Below are positions 1 through 15,735 of a stretch of DNA of 64,000 nucleotides, piece after piece. The DNA is taken from the NCBI RefSeq assembly GCF_009914755.1, contig NC_060941.1; one strand, 5' to 3'. This DNA is from the human T2T-CHM13v2.0 reference genome, Homo sapiens. Made by a program: the position numbers and the translations under genes. The first letter of the stretch is position 1; each line of letters opens with the position of its first letter. The notes below the pieces were generated by a model. The model ran no database searches and was not told the origin of the DNA. It saw only the letters and a program-made list of their open reading frames with translations.

Positions 1-747
1 TCCTTCCTGCCAGAACTGGAGTTCTGAACTCTGAGTGAATCTCACCTTCTTTCATCACTCTTATCACACCAGAGAGCCAACCTCCCCTACTCCCTCCTCC
101 TCACCCACTGTGTCTCCCCACCTCTCCCATGGGTGCCCTGGGCCTCCTTGCATCTTTCATGAACTCAGCACCTCACACCCCAAACTCAAGCTGTGCCTTT
201 CAGGGCCAAGTTAGTGGAGGTGCCTGCAGAAGAGGGAGGTGCCGCTCCCAACTTCATCACCCCTCTCCCCAACACGAGCAGGGGACACTTCCTCAGTCTT
301 ATCTAAGAGGCTTGGCGTCCCCCATGGAAGCCCTCTGGCTTCATTGTGCACTTGCGCCTGAGCCCCTCCGCTATGGCTATTCTGGAGTCTCCTCTGGCTG
401 CCTGGCTGGTATGATGCTGCATTATGGCCAAGGGCAGGATGGAGGTGGAATGACAGAGCCCCAGAGTGGCCCCGAGGCCATGTCCACCTTCTGCATGTGA
501 GCAGGGTAGCTTCCAATCCAACCTGAGAAGAAAGACCTATCCTGTGTTCAGTGGTCTCCAGAAAACAATATGGCGCCAACCTTGAATGGCAAACGCACCC
601 CACTGCTGGACAAATATCATGGCTGGGGAGGTCTGCTAGGGCTCTTCTTAATCCAGCCTCCTCTTTTGTCCTCCTGCCAGGGAGCAGTCACTAAAGCCAC
701 AACAGTTTTAGGAGGCTGAAGGTAGCAATTTTTCTGGGGCCACTCAC

Positions 748-817
748 CTCTCCTGGTAGGGATACAGCTCATTCGTCAAGTTCTGTTCGGCAATGACCAT
801 CCTTTGGTACAGTGTCC
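748..817 (-). CDS. PIK3R6: PIK3R6 coding exon (exon 7), (G)TLYQRMVIAEQNLTNELYPYQE(R); gene continues beyond the left edge
   Basis: Acceptor tttgcag, donor gtgagt; 70 nt, phase 1->2; peptide matches recalled p84/p87 sequence. Confidence 0.95.
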
Positions 818-991
818 CTGCAAACCAGACCACTTTGGCCAAACAGCCCCCAAGTCTCTGACTCCCATTCTCCACCTTCCTACAGAAGGTGTGGAGGCTT
901 TTGAGCTCCCCGGTATCCTGGAGAAAAAGGAAAGACCCTGGGCAATGTTGGAGGTGCAGCGTGGGAGACAAAGATGCCCAGTGACTCTTAC

Positions 992-1124
992 CTGGGACAG
1001 CCATCTCCGTTTTCAGCCTTATCGCGCAGTCCAAGGCGACTGTGCAGTAGGGGGTGGGCAGGGTCAGTAACCTTGTGCAAAAGGCATAGATTCTCTGGTA
1101 GAGCTCTTCTGTGATTCCTGTGGC
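992..1124 (-). CDS. PIK3R6: PIK3R6 coding exon (exon 6), ATGITEELYQRIYAFCTRLLTLPTPYCTVALDCAIRLKTEMAVP(G)
   Basis: Long polypyrimidine tract plus cag acceptor, donor gtaaga; 133 nt, phase 0->1. Confidence 0.95.
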
Positions 1125-2003
1125 CTGGGTGAGAGGGAGGAGGGGGAGGTGAGAGGGAGGAGGTGGAGGTAAGAGGGAGGAGGGGGAGGTGAAGGGTCCC
1201 GGGGGAGTTTCCGGGGAGGGGCTTGGGAGAAGAGGTGGAAGGTCAGGCCTAACAGCCAGACCTGGGCTCACAGCTCTCTCCCAAACCCACACCTTCCAGC
1301 CTCTTCTCCCAGCACCTGTAAGACATCCATTTGTCGCCCCGCCCCAACTTACCAAGATAAAAATTCATTGCATCAAGTTATGCAAGCAAATCAACTTCCT
1401 CCCAGCCCTCCTGCTCCATCAGGGAAGCACATTCCTGCGGTTCTCCAGGCTCAAAACCATGGAGGCACTTCCTCAGTCTCCTTTGCTCCTCCTTGCATCC
1501 CACAGGCCTGAAATGCTCCACAGTGCCCGGGAGGCCCCCCTCTCCCTCCCGACCTCAGTGTGCCCTCCGTCTCTGCCGGAGCTAAGCCCCATCTTGACCC
1601 TGGACTCTCCAGCAACCCCAGACTTGGTCTTCCTGCCTGCCTTAACCACCACTCCCACCCGCTGCAACAACACGCAGCTCCCGATTACTCCTCCTGAGAC
1701 ATTAACCACATGAGTATCATGTCTCTTCTCTGTGTAGGGATCAGTGATGTCTCCTGTTGCACTGCACACAGGAGCAAACCCAAAGACCTCATCCTGCCTT
1801 TCAAGGCCATTGTCTCTCCAGAGTTCTCTCTCCATATGGGAGGGAAAGGGGGTGGCTAGTGCTCAGAAGCCAGTTTAGGGCAGGCAATCCAAGGGATTTT
1901 CTAGGCTCATCCTGGCGGAGACTGAGTGCCCACTAAGGGGAGAGTGTCCAGCCCAGCCACATGCAGGTCACCACTACCACCTCGACCTCAGTCCCCAGCT
2001 CAC

Positions 2004-2072
2004 CTTGGTGAGCACGTACATTACAGTGTGCAGCAAGGGAATGATGACATGCCGGAGGTCCTGGCTTTCCGC
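2004..2072 (-). CDS. PIK3R6: PIK3R6 coding exon (exon 5), AESQDLRHVIIPLLHTVMYVLTK
   Basis: ttttccag acceptor, gtgagc donor; 69 nt, phase 0->0. Confidence 0.95.
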
Positions 2073-2764
2073 CTGGAAAACAGGAGATCACGTGACAGGT
2101 ATTGGGCTGGGGGAATCCCCACTTCATAGCGGGAGGCAGTCTAGGCTGGGAGTGGGCAGGAGATGGGGTGGAAGGCAGCCAGGGGGAGAGCAAAGGGCCA
2201 TTGTCTGCTCTGGATAGAGGAGTGGGGAGGGGAGGGCACACAGGTGAGGAAGCCCCTCAGTGAGGGTGTGGGAGCGTGGGGGGGCCTCAGAGAACTCTGC
2301 AGGTGAGGGGCCAAATTTAATTAGGGTAGGAGTCGCAGCAAAGCAACAAACAAGTCCTCAGCTCGGAGCCTCCCTTGAGTGCAGTGTTTCCCAAACGGTT
2401 GCAAAGTACAACATTGGGTAGTGTGAAGGAGAATTTAGGTGGCCCGAGGATAATTTTGAGAAACGTCAATAGTCGTATATTTATGTTTATAGGTACCTTC
2501 TGTTTCTGACAAGTGATGCGGGTTTTCCATTTGTGGTCGCGTTATAGTGCTTCTTTTTGAAAGATGTTTATTCAAGTAAAACAATGAGAGTCGACGTAAA
2601 GAAAATACTGCTTACGTAAAAGTACAGGAGGGAGATGCATATGGTAAAAATCATGCAGGCAACCAAAGCTTATGAGATATAGCGCTGCCAGGACTGAGCC
2701 CCTGCCCAATTGGCCCCTCTCTTCCTTTCATCCCCGTCTTCCTCCCTGAGGTCCAGGAACTCAC

Positions 2765-2856
2765 CTTCTCCAGTTCTCTGAGAAGAATGCGGACCAGCAC
2801 TGGGCTCTTACCGGGATCTCGCTCGACCTTCTTGTGCAGGGACCACCTCCACATGC
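2765..2856 (-). CDS. PIK3R6: PIK3R6 coding exon (exon 4), (G)MWRWSLHKKVERDPGKSPVLVRILLRELEK
   Basis: cccag acceptor, gtgagt donor; 92 nt, phase 1->0. Confidence 0.95.
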
Positions 2857-3236
2857 CTGGGCCAGGAGAAAGGGGAGCCCGGCATGAGCAGGTGGGCAGT
2901 TCTTAGAGGAGACCCCTCTGAGCAGGACCCTGAGCCCTGGAGCCTCAGCTGCAGCTCTGACCAGCCACGGGTGTGACCCCGCCACCAGCGCTTGGCTCCA
3001 GGTGCACCTGGGTGGGCTCCTCCCAAGTGGGGAGTTCTAGTCTGTAGCCCTTTGTGGACAGTGAATTCCCAGGGCAGAAAGGAGGGCAGGTGGGACACCA
3101 GTGGGGACAGGTGTGTGACAGGTGTATGCGTGTGGACCACAGAGCAGCAGTGCTTGCAGGTGTGTGCTCCGAGCCACATTCTGGAAGTCCTGCAGGCCTG
3201 GAGTGCTGAGGGGAATTAGGTTTGGAAGTGGAGCTA

Positions 3237-3656
<420 letters not shown>

Positions 3657-3812
3657 TCAGGCTCTAGGTATTTCCAGCAGGAAAGGGGTTTGGTGAGACG
3701 ACCCTTGCCCCCTGAGCTCCAGGCCGGGGCTCTTTCCTGTATGCGCGTGTATTGTTGGCTGGGGTTGGGTGGAGGTCAGAGGGACCAGCTGCTGCTGCCA
3801 GCTGGCTCTTAC

Positions 3813-3896
3813 CTTGGTTGCTCTGCAGGGCAGGGGCCTGGGTGCTGAGCTCCCGGAGCACAGCCTGCACGCTCCTCTGGAGGTCCAGCTCCACAT
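3813..3896 (-). CDS. PIK3R6: PIK3R6 coding exon (exon 3), (D)VELDLQRSVQAVLRELSTQAPALQSNQ(G)
   Basis: cccag acceptor, gtaaga donor; 84 nt, phase 1->1. Confidence 0.95.
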
Positions 3897-4229
3897 CTGG
3901 GCAGTGGTAGGGGTGGGAGGAAACTCAGTCCACTGAACCTCACCCTCGTCCCACCTCCATTCCTTCCGAGAGTGTCTTTAGCCATTTCTCTGAGCCTCAG
4001 GAGGTGCCCGAAGTAATCGACTTAGAGCTGGCAGCCAGCATGCCAGCCAGGGCTGGAATATAGCCTTCCCTTCCACGTTTCTGTGTTCTTTGTAAAACCT
4101 GCATTTCCCAAAGTGCAGTATGTGTACCACTGGTGGTATGTAGGACAATTTTAGGTGGTACACAAACGACCTTAAAATCTGAATAGTTATGCATTTATTT
4201 TAATGCATGTTAGAAAATACATGTATGTA

Positions 4230-4890
4230 TTTTCATATATATGTGAAATGTATATATCCTCCAAACATATATATGAAATATATATATCCTCCAAATATGT
4301 ATATGAAATATATAGCCTCCAAATATATATGAAATATATATAGCCTCCAAATATATATATGAAATATAGCCTCCAAATATATATATGAAATATATATAGC
4401 CTCCAAATATATATATGAAATATATACAGCCTACAAATATATATATGAAATATATACAGCCTACAAATATGTATATGAAATATATACAGCCTACAAATAT
4501 GTATATGAAATATATACAGCCTCCAAATATGTATATGAAATATATATAGCCTCCAAATATGTATATGAAATATATATAGCCTCCAAATATGTATATGAAA
4601 TATATATAGCCTCCAAATATGTATATGAAATATATATAGCCTCCAAATATATATATATGAAATATATATAGCCTCCAAATATATATATGAAATATATATA
4701 GCCTCCAAATATATATGAAATATATATATGGCCTCCAAATATGTATATCAAGTATATATACAGTCTCCAAATACGTATATGAAGTATATATCCTCCAAAT
4801 ATGTATATGAAATGTATATCCTCCAAATATATATGAAATATATATATCCTCCAAATATATATGAAATATATATATATAAAATATATATAT
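4230..4890. repeat. AT-rich minisatellite, ~30-bp unit (gtatatgaaatatatatagcctccaaatat), ~21 copies
   Basis: Direct 30-bp periodicity visible at 4440-4650; source of the repetitive ORFs at 4187-4913. Confidence 0.95.
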
Positions 4891-4899
4891 AAAAAACTA

Positions 4900-5250
<351 letters not shown>

Positions 5251-5298
5251 TTTGCCATTATTTTTAGTAGTTCCTGAATCCATGCATGAAGCTAAAAC

Positions 5299-5378
5299 TT
5301 ATTTATTTTATTTATTTATTTTTTTGAAGCCTACAGCACCCTGTCTTTTCTGGTAGTCTCCACCCCCCGCCCCAAGTA
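5299..5378 (-). pseudogene. Retroposed 5S rRNA 3' fragment with A-rich tail
   Basis: aagcctacagcaccc...gtctcc...ccaagta is the reverse complement of the 5S rRNA 3' end; T-rich tail 5299-5326; flanking repeat aagctaaaa (5289-5297 / 5381-5389). Confidence 0.8.
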
Positions 5379-5438
5379 TAAAGCTAAAATCTAAAGTCAA
5401 TTTAAAGAATCGTATCAGATACATACCAGGACAGGTGG

Positions 5439-5882
5439 TAACAAAGACTCTCTCCTTGACCAAACCTTACTCAGCCTCCTCTTAGCCCTCTTCTTCACTA
5501 GGGCTCAGCCCTGGCTCCTGTCCTGCCTTTGGCCTGCCCATCCCAGTTTTAGCAAGAATCCTGCCAAATCAGTTTAGGTTGGAGTCCTCCACTCTTGATA
5601 TCTCCTGAACCCCTTCATCCCTTACCGTCGATGTATAAGAATTTGACTTGTGCCTCTAGCAAAAATCCTGTTAGCTCAGTTTAGCAAGAATGTCCCGACC
5701 CTTGATGTCTCCTCTTAGGAATTTTCCATCCGCTGACCCCTTCACTCTGCTCATTGGCTATAAATCCCCAACTGGCTTTTCTTTATTCCAAGTTGAGACT
5801 GCTTTCTCTTTCCTAATGCAATAGTCTTGGATAAGTCTTCCTTACCATTTAATAAGTTCCAGAATAATTTCTTTCTTTAACA
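5439..5882 (+). mobile_element. Solo ERV1 LTR, MER31-like
   Basis: Starts taacaaagactctctccttgaccaaac, ends ttaaca; 4-bp TSD gtgg (5435-5438 / 5883-5886). Confidence 0.75.
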
Positions 5883-6035
5883 GTGGTACGTTGACATGGG
5901 AAAAAAAAAAAACCATGAAAGTGGTACAAGAATAAGCAACTGACATTTGGGAAGTGTGGTAGCTGTGAGAATGTACCTCGCTCCTCTCCCACTACCGGGA
6001 GTTTAATGGAACCAGGTCCCCAGTTGCTGTGCTGT

Positions 6036-6454
6036 TGCAGTGGTTTGGATATTTGACCCTCCAAATCTCATATTGAAATTTGTTCCCCAGTGTTGGACGT
6101 GGGGCCTAATGGGAGGTGTTAGGGTCATGGTGGTGGATGCTTCATGAATGCCATCCTTGCGGTAATGAGTGAGTTCTCATTCTATTTGTTCCCCTGAGAA
6201 CTGGTTGTTAAAAAGAGCCCGGCACCTTCCCCCTCTCTCTTGCTTCATCTCTCAGCATGTGATCTGTACACACTGGCTCCCCTTCCACCAGGAGTGGAAG
6301 TTTCCTGAGCCCTGAGCCCCTTATCAGAAGCAGATGCTGGCACCCTGCTTCTTGTACAGCCTGCAGAACGCTGAGCCAAATAAACCTCTTTTCTTTATAA
6401 ATTACCCAGCTGCAGGTATTCCTTTATATTATAGCAATGCAAACAGACTAAGAC
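6036..6454 (+). mobile_element. MaLR LTR (MST-like)
   Basis: tggtttggatatttg...ccaaatctcatattgaaa start and aataaacctcttttctttataaattacccag...gactaagaca end. Confidence 0.85.
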
Positions 6455-7759
6455 AGCTGTGAAATCCATCACTTTCTGCTGAGCCACGCCTCCCAGCCAA
6501 AATACACGGTATGGTAGTGGTTCTAAAGCAGGACCTTCCCCAGGAGACGCTCAAGCTTCTCCAACTGCCCTGCTGAGCTTTTCTTGGACTCCCATCAGTC
6601 CAAGGCATTTCCACTGACCCTTCTTCCTTTTCTCCTTCATTTGGAGTCAGATTTGCACCAGGGTCTGACAGCTGCTCTCCCAGGTCCCTCTCCATTTCTG
6701 TCACACAAGTGTTTCCCCAAATAAATCCTTGAACTTGGTGTCTGCTTCTTGGCAGATCCAGACTCAGACAAGAAGTACGGGAAACACTCCTCACACAATA
6801 AATTCCTCTTTGCAATTAGCTCCCACCAAGAGTTTGCCATTATAGGTGAGTGTGTATTCTCCAGTTGTCAGACAACACAAACCACATGCCCCAAGGGTTC
6901 CTCTTTGACTGGGCTATCAGGAAACTTACGGTCAAATTGGGGCCCAGCCTCAAAAATTAGCTCATCTCATGTGACAGGGATCTCTCTTCTTGGCTCCTTT
7001 TTGGTCCTCCTGCTTTATATTCTATTTAATCTATATCTGAATTGCTTCAGATTCCTTTGGAAGTAAGTAGAATAGAGATAACAAATTTAAAAATCAGCAG
7101 ATTGCAGTCCAAGAGTTAAAATATTTTTAGGCCAAGTCACCATAGGTGCTAGTGCTCATGGTCTGGCCCCTCCTCAGACCCATGCAAAGCCTACGGGGTC
7201 CACATCCCTGAAGCCCCCACTTGGCAAGGCCTGGTCCTGAATCTCCTCCAGGCTGAGAGTGGACAGGATACTACAGCCACATCTGCCCACCTGGTCCCTC
7301 TGCTGGGCAGAGCATCATCTCCCCAGACTGTTGAGGAAATCATTTAGCTCAGCATGAAGGTTGGTCACAGTCTTTCCTCCGTCTATGCATTTCCACCTTG
7401 CATGAAGATTTAATGAGTTAATGCAGGATGAGTTATTAGAAAATTAGCTGGTGCTAAGTCTTTTTTCTCTCTCCTCCCTCCTTCTCTCTCTCCCTCCCTT
7501 CCTTCCTTTCTTTTTTCCTTCCTTCTTCCTCTTTCTTATTCTGTCTTCCATTGTATATTTGCAAAGAAAGGCTGAAAACTGTGACAAATGTGATTTCCTC
7601 TCATTCCCCTCATCAGAAGCACAGCCAAGCCTTTGTCTTCTGAGCTTGGGTCCCCTTGCTTTGCAAGGGAAGTTGAATTTTTATGTTTCACAGAAAAATA
7701 GAGAAGTTGCCAGTAGCCCTGGGAGACCACTTCAAATAAATTTTGTTTTTGAATGTCTG

Positions 7760-8105
7760 GGTAGCTAAAACAAACTCTCAGGCTTTGGTCCACATCTGGC
7801 TTGCTATGTGTTTTGTTTGGGCTTGTATAGTGTCTTAAAAAAAAAAAAGCAATGAATTAGCTGCCAACATTTACAAGTCAGGAGATTTTGCATAACGTTT
7901 GGGTTTCTGGCATCTCTCGAAAATCTGACAATCTGCTGACACCGAACCTGGATTCTTCTCACATGTGACAATCATAGGGGGTGGGGAGCAATTGCCCCCT
8001 TAGATAGGCACAGCTTCTCTAGGTCTTTGTAGTTCCCCATGCCTCGGTTTCACTCATTTATATCCTCTGCCTGGCCCCTGGAGGCACTGAGTCTGAGGCT
8101 CCTGG
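7760..8105. mobile_element. hAT-Charlie DNA transposon, MER102-like (related copy at ~25770-25980)
   Basis: Shared gccaacattta...gattt...gatctagcaacac motif between the two copies; family name from recall. Confidence 0.55.
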
Positions 8106-8811
8106 CAAGTTGATTGAGCCAATCAAGCTGGATTGTCTAAAAAGGTGCAGAAGAAGGTTGATGCTTTTAAAGAGGAGAGTGGCCCAGCCCAAGGGTGGAG
8201 GTTGGATTCCCTAAGACTGTGAACGCACAAGGGATATAGGGTTCCAGGGAATGAGGAAAATCAGACCGGCTGGGACAAAGCTTACCAGTGGCGGCAAAGG
8301 TCAGATGAAGGCCGCTAAGCACTGAGCCCTGTGCCTCTGATGCCACAGCAAAGGTCTCCTGAGCCATCTTCACCAGAGCACGAGAATGTCCCTCAAGGCA
8401 GGCTCTATCTCCCTCTGCACCTTGCAAGTCTGGCCAAGCAGTTCTGGTGGCTGTAGCCACCGTGGACTGGAGACGACAGACTTTTCCCACTACCCAGACT
8501 TTATAAACCCTGAGCTTCTCACAAACTCCCACGTAGGGGGAAGCACTCCAAGTGAATGATGCTAGAGTTCATCCTAACCTTGGAATATGAGAGGTTGAAG
8601 CTGGTTTTGATTTGATTAAATGGAAGAAAGAAATGGGATATTTCCTGTGACTCAAGTGGCTCAGCATTGTTCACATATGGTATGCAGGTCTAACATCCTT
8701 GATGACTCGAATAGTCAATAGATAAATGGCATCCATTATTATTATCCTCCTCTGCATCCAGGAATGTGGGATATTACTAATTAGGTATTAATATTATTAT
8801 TAATATTAAAC

Positions 8812-10890
<2,079 letters not shown>

Positions 10891-10954
10891 CTGACATTTA
10901 AACAGCACTTGAAAGGCATACACACAGAGAATCTTCCATAGGTATGGTAAGGTG

Positions 10955-11270
10955 ATGCTATGTGCTCACCAGACCAAGTTCATTTTTGTCACCAAGAGAC
11001 AGCAAGACTACATTTCCCAAACTCCCCTGCAGTTAGATAATAGCCATGTGACTGCATTCTGGCCAATGGAATGTGGTGGAAGTGATTAAGTCCCTTGTAG
11101 GCCTGTGTTCCCTGCACTGTCCTCCATACTCCTCTTCCCTTTCCACAAGAGGGAATAAGTCTCATTGCCTGCTTGAAGCCCAAATTGGACTGTGGTGAGA
11201 GTGAGAATAAGCATGTGTTGTCTTAATCCTCTGACATTTGGGGCCATTTGCTAAAGCAGCTACTATTCTC
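10955..11270. mobile_element. MLT1-type MaLR LTR remnant
   Basis: ctacatttcccaaactcccctgcagttag...ggccaatggaatgtgg motif. Confidence 0.6.
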
Positions 11271-11718
11271 TGACTGACTCATGGATATGTAAAGTGTTTT
11301 CCAGTGTCTTATCTCACTTGATTCTGACAAGCACCCTGTGAGTTTGGCAGGACAAATACTGTTCTCCCTGTTTGATAGATTCCAGGTCTAGAGCCCTTAC
11401 CTTTGTCACATATTGCCTCTCCAACCACAGAAAGTCACACCTAGAGGGCCCCCAGTACCCAGATGCACCTCCTCCAGCCTACACCTGATCCTCCTTACCC
11501 CTATGCAGTATAAAGGCTCAGATTGTTTGGAAAACCTTTGCAATCTTACTCCTGTTTGCAGGCATGGCAAAATAACAATAGCCTTAGTGCCTCTGAAATA
11601 TTGCTCTTTTGCATACCCTGAAATAAATATTTTACTTCTCAGGTACCCCTCTTCTTAACTGTAGGATGGGAGGACTCCAAGAGCTGTGGGAAGGTGGAGA
11701 GTGTTAAAAACAATCACA

Positions 11719-12016
<298 letters not shown>

Positions 12017-12564
12017 TCATAATGTGGAAAGACAACTGCAGTCCTGGTCATCCTGATTTGGGGATGTTTCCTTTTATCCACTGGATCTGGGAATCATCTG
12101 CCACACCTTTGGAGGGGGAAGTCAGTGGTTTCACCTGCCCAGCATCCCTCCCTGCTTATTGCAGTCTTGGTGGGACTGTGACCCAGGTGCCTACTTAGCT
12201 TCAGCCTTGGTGTGGGCACAGGACCAAGCTGCCCAAGGACTGATACTCTCTGTCTCTGTCTCTCTCAGACAGCCTTTTTCAGAGAATGGCCAGGAGGGAA
12301 GGACGCCTGGTGTGCTCTCCAAGGACACTGTCTATCTCTCTCCGTCCTTTTGGCAGGGCTACCCTTCCCCTGCCCTTTCTGGTGTCTGGTGCTTCAGCTT
12401 TTCCTTTGATGCTTGGCCACATTTTTAAAAAATGAAATTGGCCACATCAGTTTCTATTGCTTATATATAATAAACCTTTATTGGTGCACCTCTTTTCCTA
12501 AAAGACAGCATGGCATGTATTTATTGTTATAAAGTGAGTGCAAAGTAAGTTGGTTTTGAAATAC

Positions 12565-12880
12565 CTTGATGTGTCACTTAACTACGGCGATATGTTCCGA
12601 GAAATATGTCACGGGGCAATTTCATCATTGTATGAATATCACAGAGTGCACTTACACAAACCTACACAGCATAGCCTACTACACACCTAGGCTACAAACC
12701 TACACAGCGTGTGACTGCACTGAGTACTGTAGGCAGTTGTCACACAATGGTATCTGTGTGTCTAAACATATCTAAACATAGAAAAGGTACAGTAAAAATA
12801 TGGTACTCTCTTATGGGACCGCTGCTGTTTATAAGGCTCGTCGTTGACCAAAACATTGCCAATATGCAGTGCCTGACTGT
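12565..12880 (-). mobile_element. Tigger3-type (MER7) DNA transposon
   Basis: tctaaacatatctaaacatagaaaaggtacagtaaaaata...ttatgggacc...cgttgacc matches recalled Tigger3a reverse strand. Confidence 0.8.
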
Positions 12881-13269
12881 ATTTAGGAGATTTTCACAGA
12901 GCTTCCCCATTCCGAGCCTCCCACCCCAAACCCCAGCTGGTTACAGATGACCCAGAATATTGTAACACCAGGATTCACTGGGGTTGCCTGACTCCATGGA
13001 GCTACTTCTGATTGGACGAGGCTCTCTGAGGATGGATGGATGGTTGGATGGATGGATGTCAAAAGAATTTATGCCATAGGAATATTAGCAACCGAGCAGC
13101 TGACCCTGCCTAGGGGATGCCCTTCCCTTCCCCAGGAGATGGATCTTTAGGGGAATTAGAGTCTCAGCGTGGTGGCCTAAGGTGTGATCTTTGACTTTCC
13201 GGGTGACCAATAGATGACACACATCTTGGTGGGGGTTGGTCATCTTTCCCTGTTGTCCCAAGTTGACTT

Positions 13270-13690
13270 AGGGTAAGAGTCCAGGCTTTGAAAATCAGCC
13301 GGACTAGGCCCCACTTCTGGCTTTGCCACTTACTAGCTGTGTGGCTTTGAGCAAATTATATAACCTCTCCAAGCCTCAGTTTACCTCTCAGAAAAATGAG
13401 GATAATCATCGTGCTAGCCCCACCTCACAGAATCCTTCTGGCATTTTTGCGAAGCAATCCATACTGAAATCATTAAGCCTAGACACTGGAGCTAGACTAT
13501 TGGGTTCCACTCCTGATTTGACCACTCAATAGCTATGTGACTGGGGGAAAAGTACCTGCCCCTGGCATGCCTCCATTTCCCCTCCTGTAAAACGAGAGTA
13601 ATAATACCTGTCTTAGGAGGTTAACCAAGACTAAATGAGTTCATATTTGTCAAGTGCTTTTATCCCTCCTCAATCCATTGTAAGTGCTAT
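13270..13690 (+). mobile_element. Two MIR SINE fragments
   Basis: ccacttactagctgtgtg...gcctcagttt core, present twice. Confidence 0.75.
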
Positions 13691-13980
13691 ATAGGTTTTT
13701 GTTAAATAGTCACAAGTATTTGGCAATCAATCTTGGCTATTCTTGTCATTATTCCCATTGTCAAGCTCAGTGTCCAGCGAGCAGTTGGAGCCTTGTGCAA
13801 GTGTGTAGATGTCCAACTCTCAAGATGTTCTTACATTTAGGCAGGATCCCTGAATTGGGGTCTTGCAGCCTGTCTATGTGCAGGGGGTCCTGCCAGCCCT
13901 AGAGGCATCCTCACCCATGAGAAGGGCCTTCCCCACTCGGCAGCAGGCTCACTAGACCCCTTTCCCCCCACCACACTGAC

Positions 13981-13993
13981 CTGAGCTCTCCAT
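13981..13993 (-). CDS. PIK3R6: PIK3R6 start-codon segment of exon 2 (ATG GAG AGC TCA G = MESS(D))
   Basis: ATG at 13993-13991, donor gtcagt; joins exon 3 in phase to give the recalled N-terminus MESSDVELDLQ. Confidence 0.9.
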
Positions 13994-14084
13994 GGGAGCC
14001 TTTGGGTGTAGGAGGAGGAGGATGTGGTTGTCTCGGGCAGCAGAATAGAGAACAAGGTGGTTGCTTTTCTGCACAGAGGTGGTT
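13994..14084 (-). other. PIK3R6: PIK3R6 exon 2, 5'UTR portion (91 nt)
   Basis: Acceptor cttattttgcag at 14085; a second possible acceptor tgtgcag lies 16 nt downstream. Confidence 0.75.
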
Positions 14085-14219
14085 CTGCAAAATAAGAGGT
14101 AGTTAATTAGTGGAAGCAGTGGGAAGGTGCAGAAAGCACCTTGGGAAATGGAGAAGCTCCTAAGGGACCTAGGCTTCTAGCACACTGGGGGGAAGTCTAG
14201 ATGTATTTAAGAAAACTTA

Positions 14220-14562
<343 letters not shown>

Positions 14563-15413
14563 TCACTCTTCTAAGCACTTAAGAAATGCCAACTTTTTAA
14601 TATTAATATTAAGCTTATGAGGCAGGTTCTATCTCTCCCCCCTCCCCAGTTCTGCAGATGGGGAAACTGAAACACAGAGAGGGTAAATAGCTATTCAAAG
14701 TTAAATAGCTAGTAAGCAAGGAATGAGGACTTGGAACTCAGACCGTCTGGCTCTAGAGCCCTCCCTTAAGCATGACCTCTGTCTGCTCCACTGTGACCCC
14801 AGTGGGAGGTCCTCCCAGAGTCTGCTCCCCAGAGCGATAAACCCAATGACTAGAACGCAGAGGAACTCCAAATAAACCTAAGAGATTGTTTTTGGAGAGA
14901 AAACAAGCGAACAAACAAACAAACGTATAACTGGGAAAGCTAATCTAAAAAGAGATAACGAAGAGACAATATTAGAAATGATAAATGTCATATATATATT
15001 TCTTTATACCAAAAAAGAAAATCTGAGTCCCCTGTGTCGCACATGGTTTTCTAGGACAATAAAAATGACTCAAAAGGCTCTAGAAGAGTTAGAAAAACTG
15101 CTTATATTTGTAACCAGTGAGGAAATAGAGACAGTTGTCAAAGAACTAGCTCTAAGAGAGTGGTGTCTGGCTCAGATAGTTCTTCTGATAAGTTTTTTCA
15201 AACCTACAAAGAAAATATCTACGTTATTTAATCTGCTCCAAAGCATGGAGAAAGAAGAGAAGATTCTCAGTTTATTGGACAAGGCCAGCTTCACCTTGAT
15301 ACCAAAATCTAATAAAGGTAGCTAAAAAAAAATGGATCACGCACTTCACACCCATTGGAATGACCATTTTAGATATACAGAAAAAAAAAAACAAAAACAA
15401 AAAAACAAAAAAC

Positions 15414-15735
15414 CGGCCGGGCACGATGGTTCACTCCTGTAATCCCAGCATTTTGGGAGGCCGAGGCGGGCAGATCACGAGGTCAGGAGATGGAGATCAT
15501 CCTGGCTAACATGGTGAAACCCTGTCTCTACTAAAAATACAAAAATTAGCCGGGCGTGGTGGCGGGCGCCTGTAGTCCCAGCTACTTGGGAGGCTGGGGC
15601 AGGAGAATGGCGTGAACCCCGGGAGGCGGAGCTTGCAGTGAGCCGAGATCGCGCCACTGCACTCCAGCCTGGGCGACAGAGTGAGACTCCGTCCCAAAAC
15701 AAAACAAAACAAAACCAACCAACCAAACAAAAAAC
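15414..15735 (+). mobile_element. AluY-like
   Basis: Diagnostic gagaatggcgtgaacccgggaggcggagcttgc. Confidence 0.95.

Noticed and set aside
744-1355. 203-aa ORF spanning two PIK3R6 exons
   Set aside because: The 174-nt intron 818-991 is stop-free and a multiple of 3 (in-frame retention is possible), but the ORF is two exons plus intron read-through, not a separate gene
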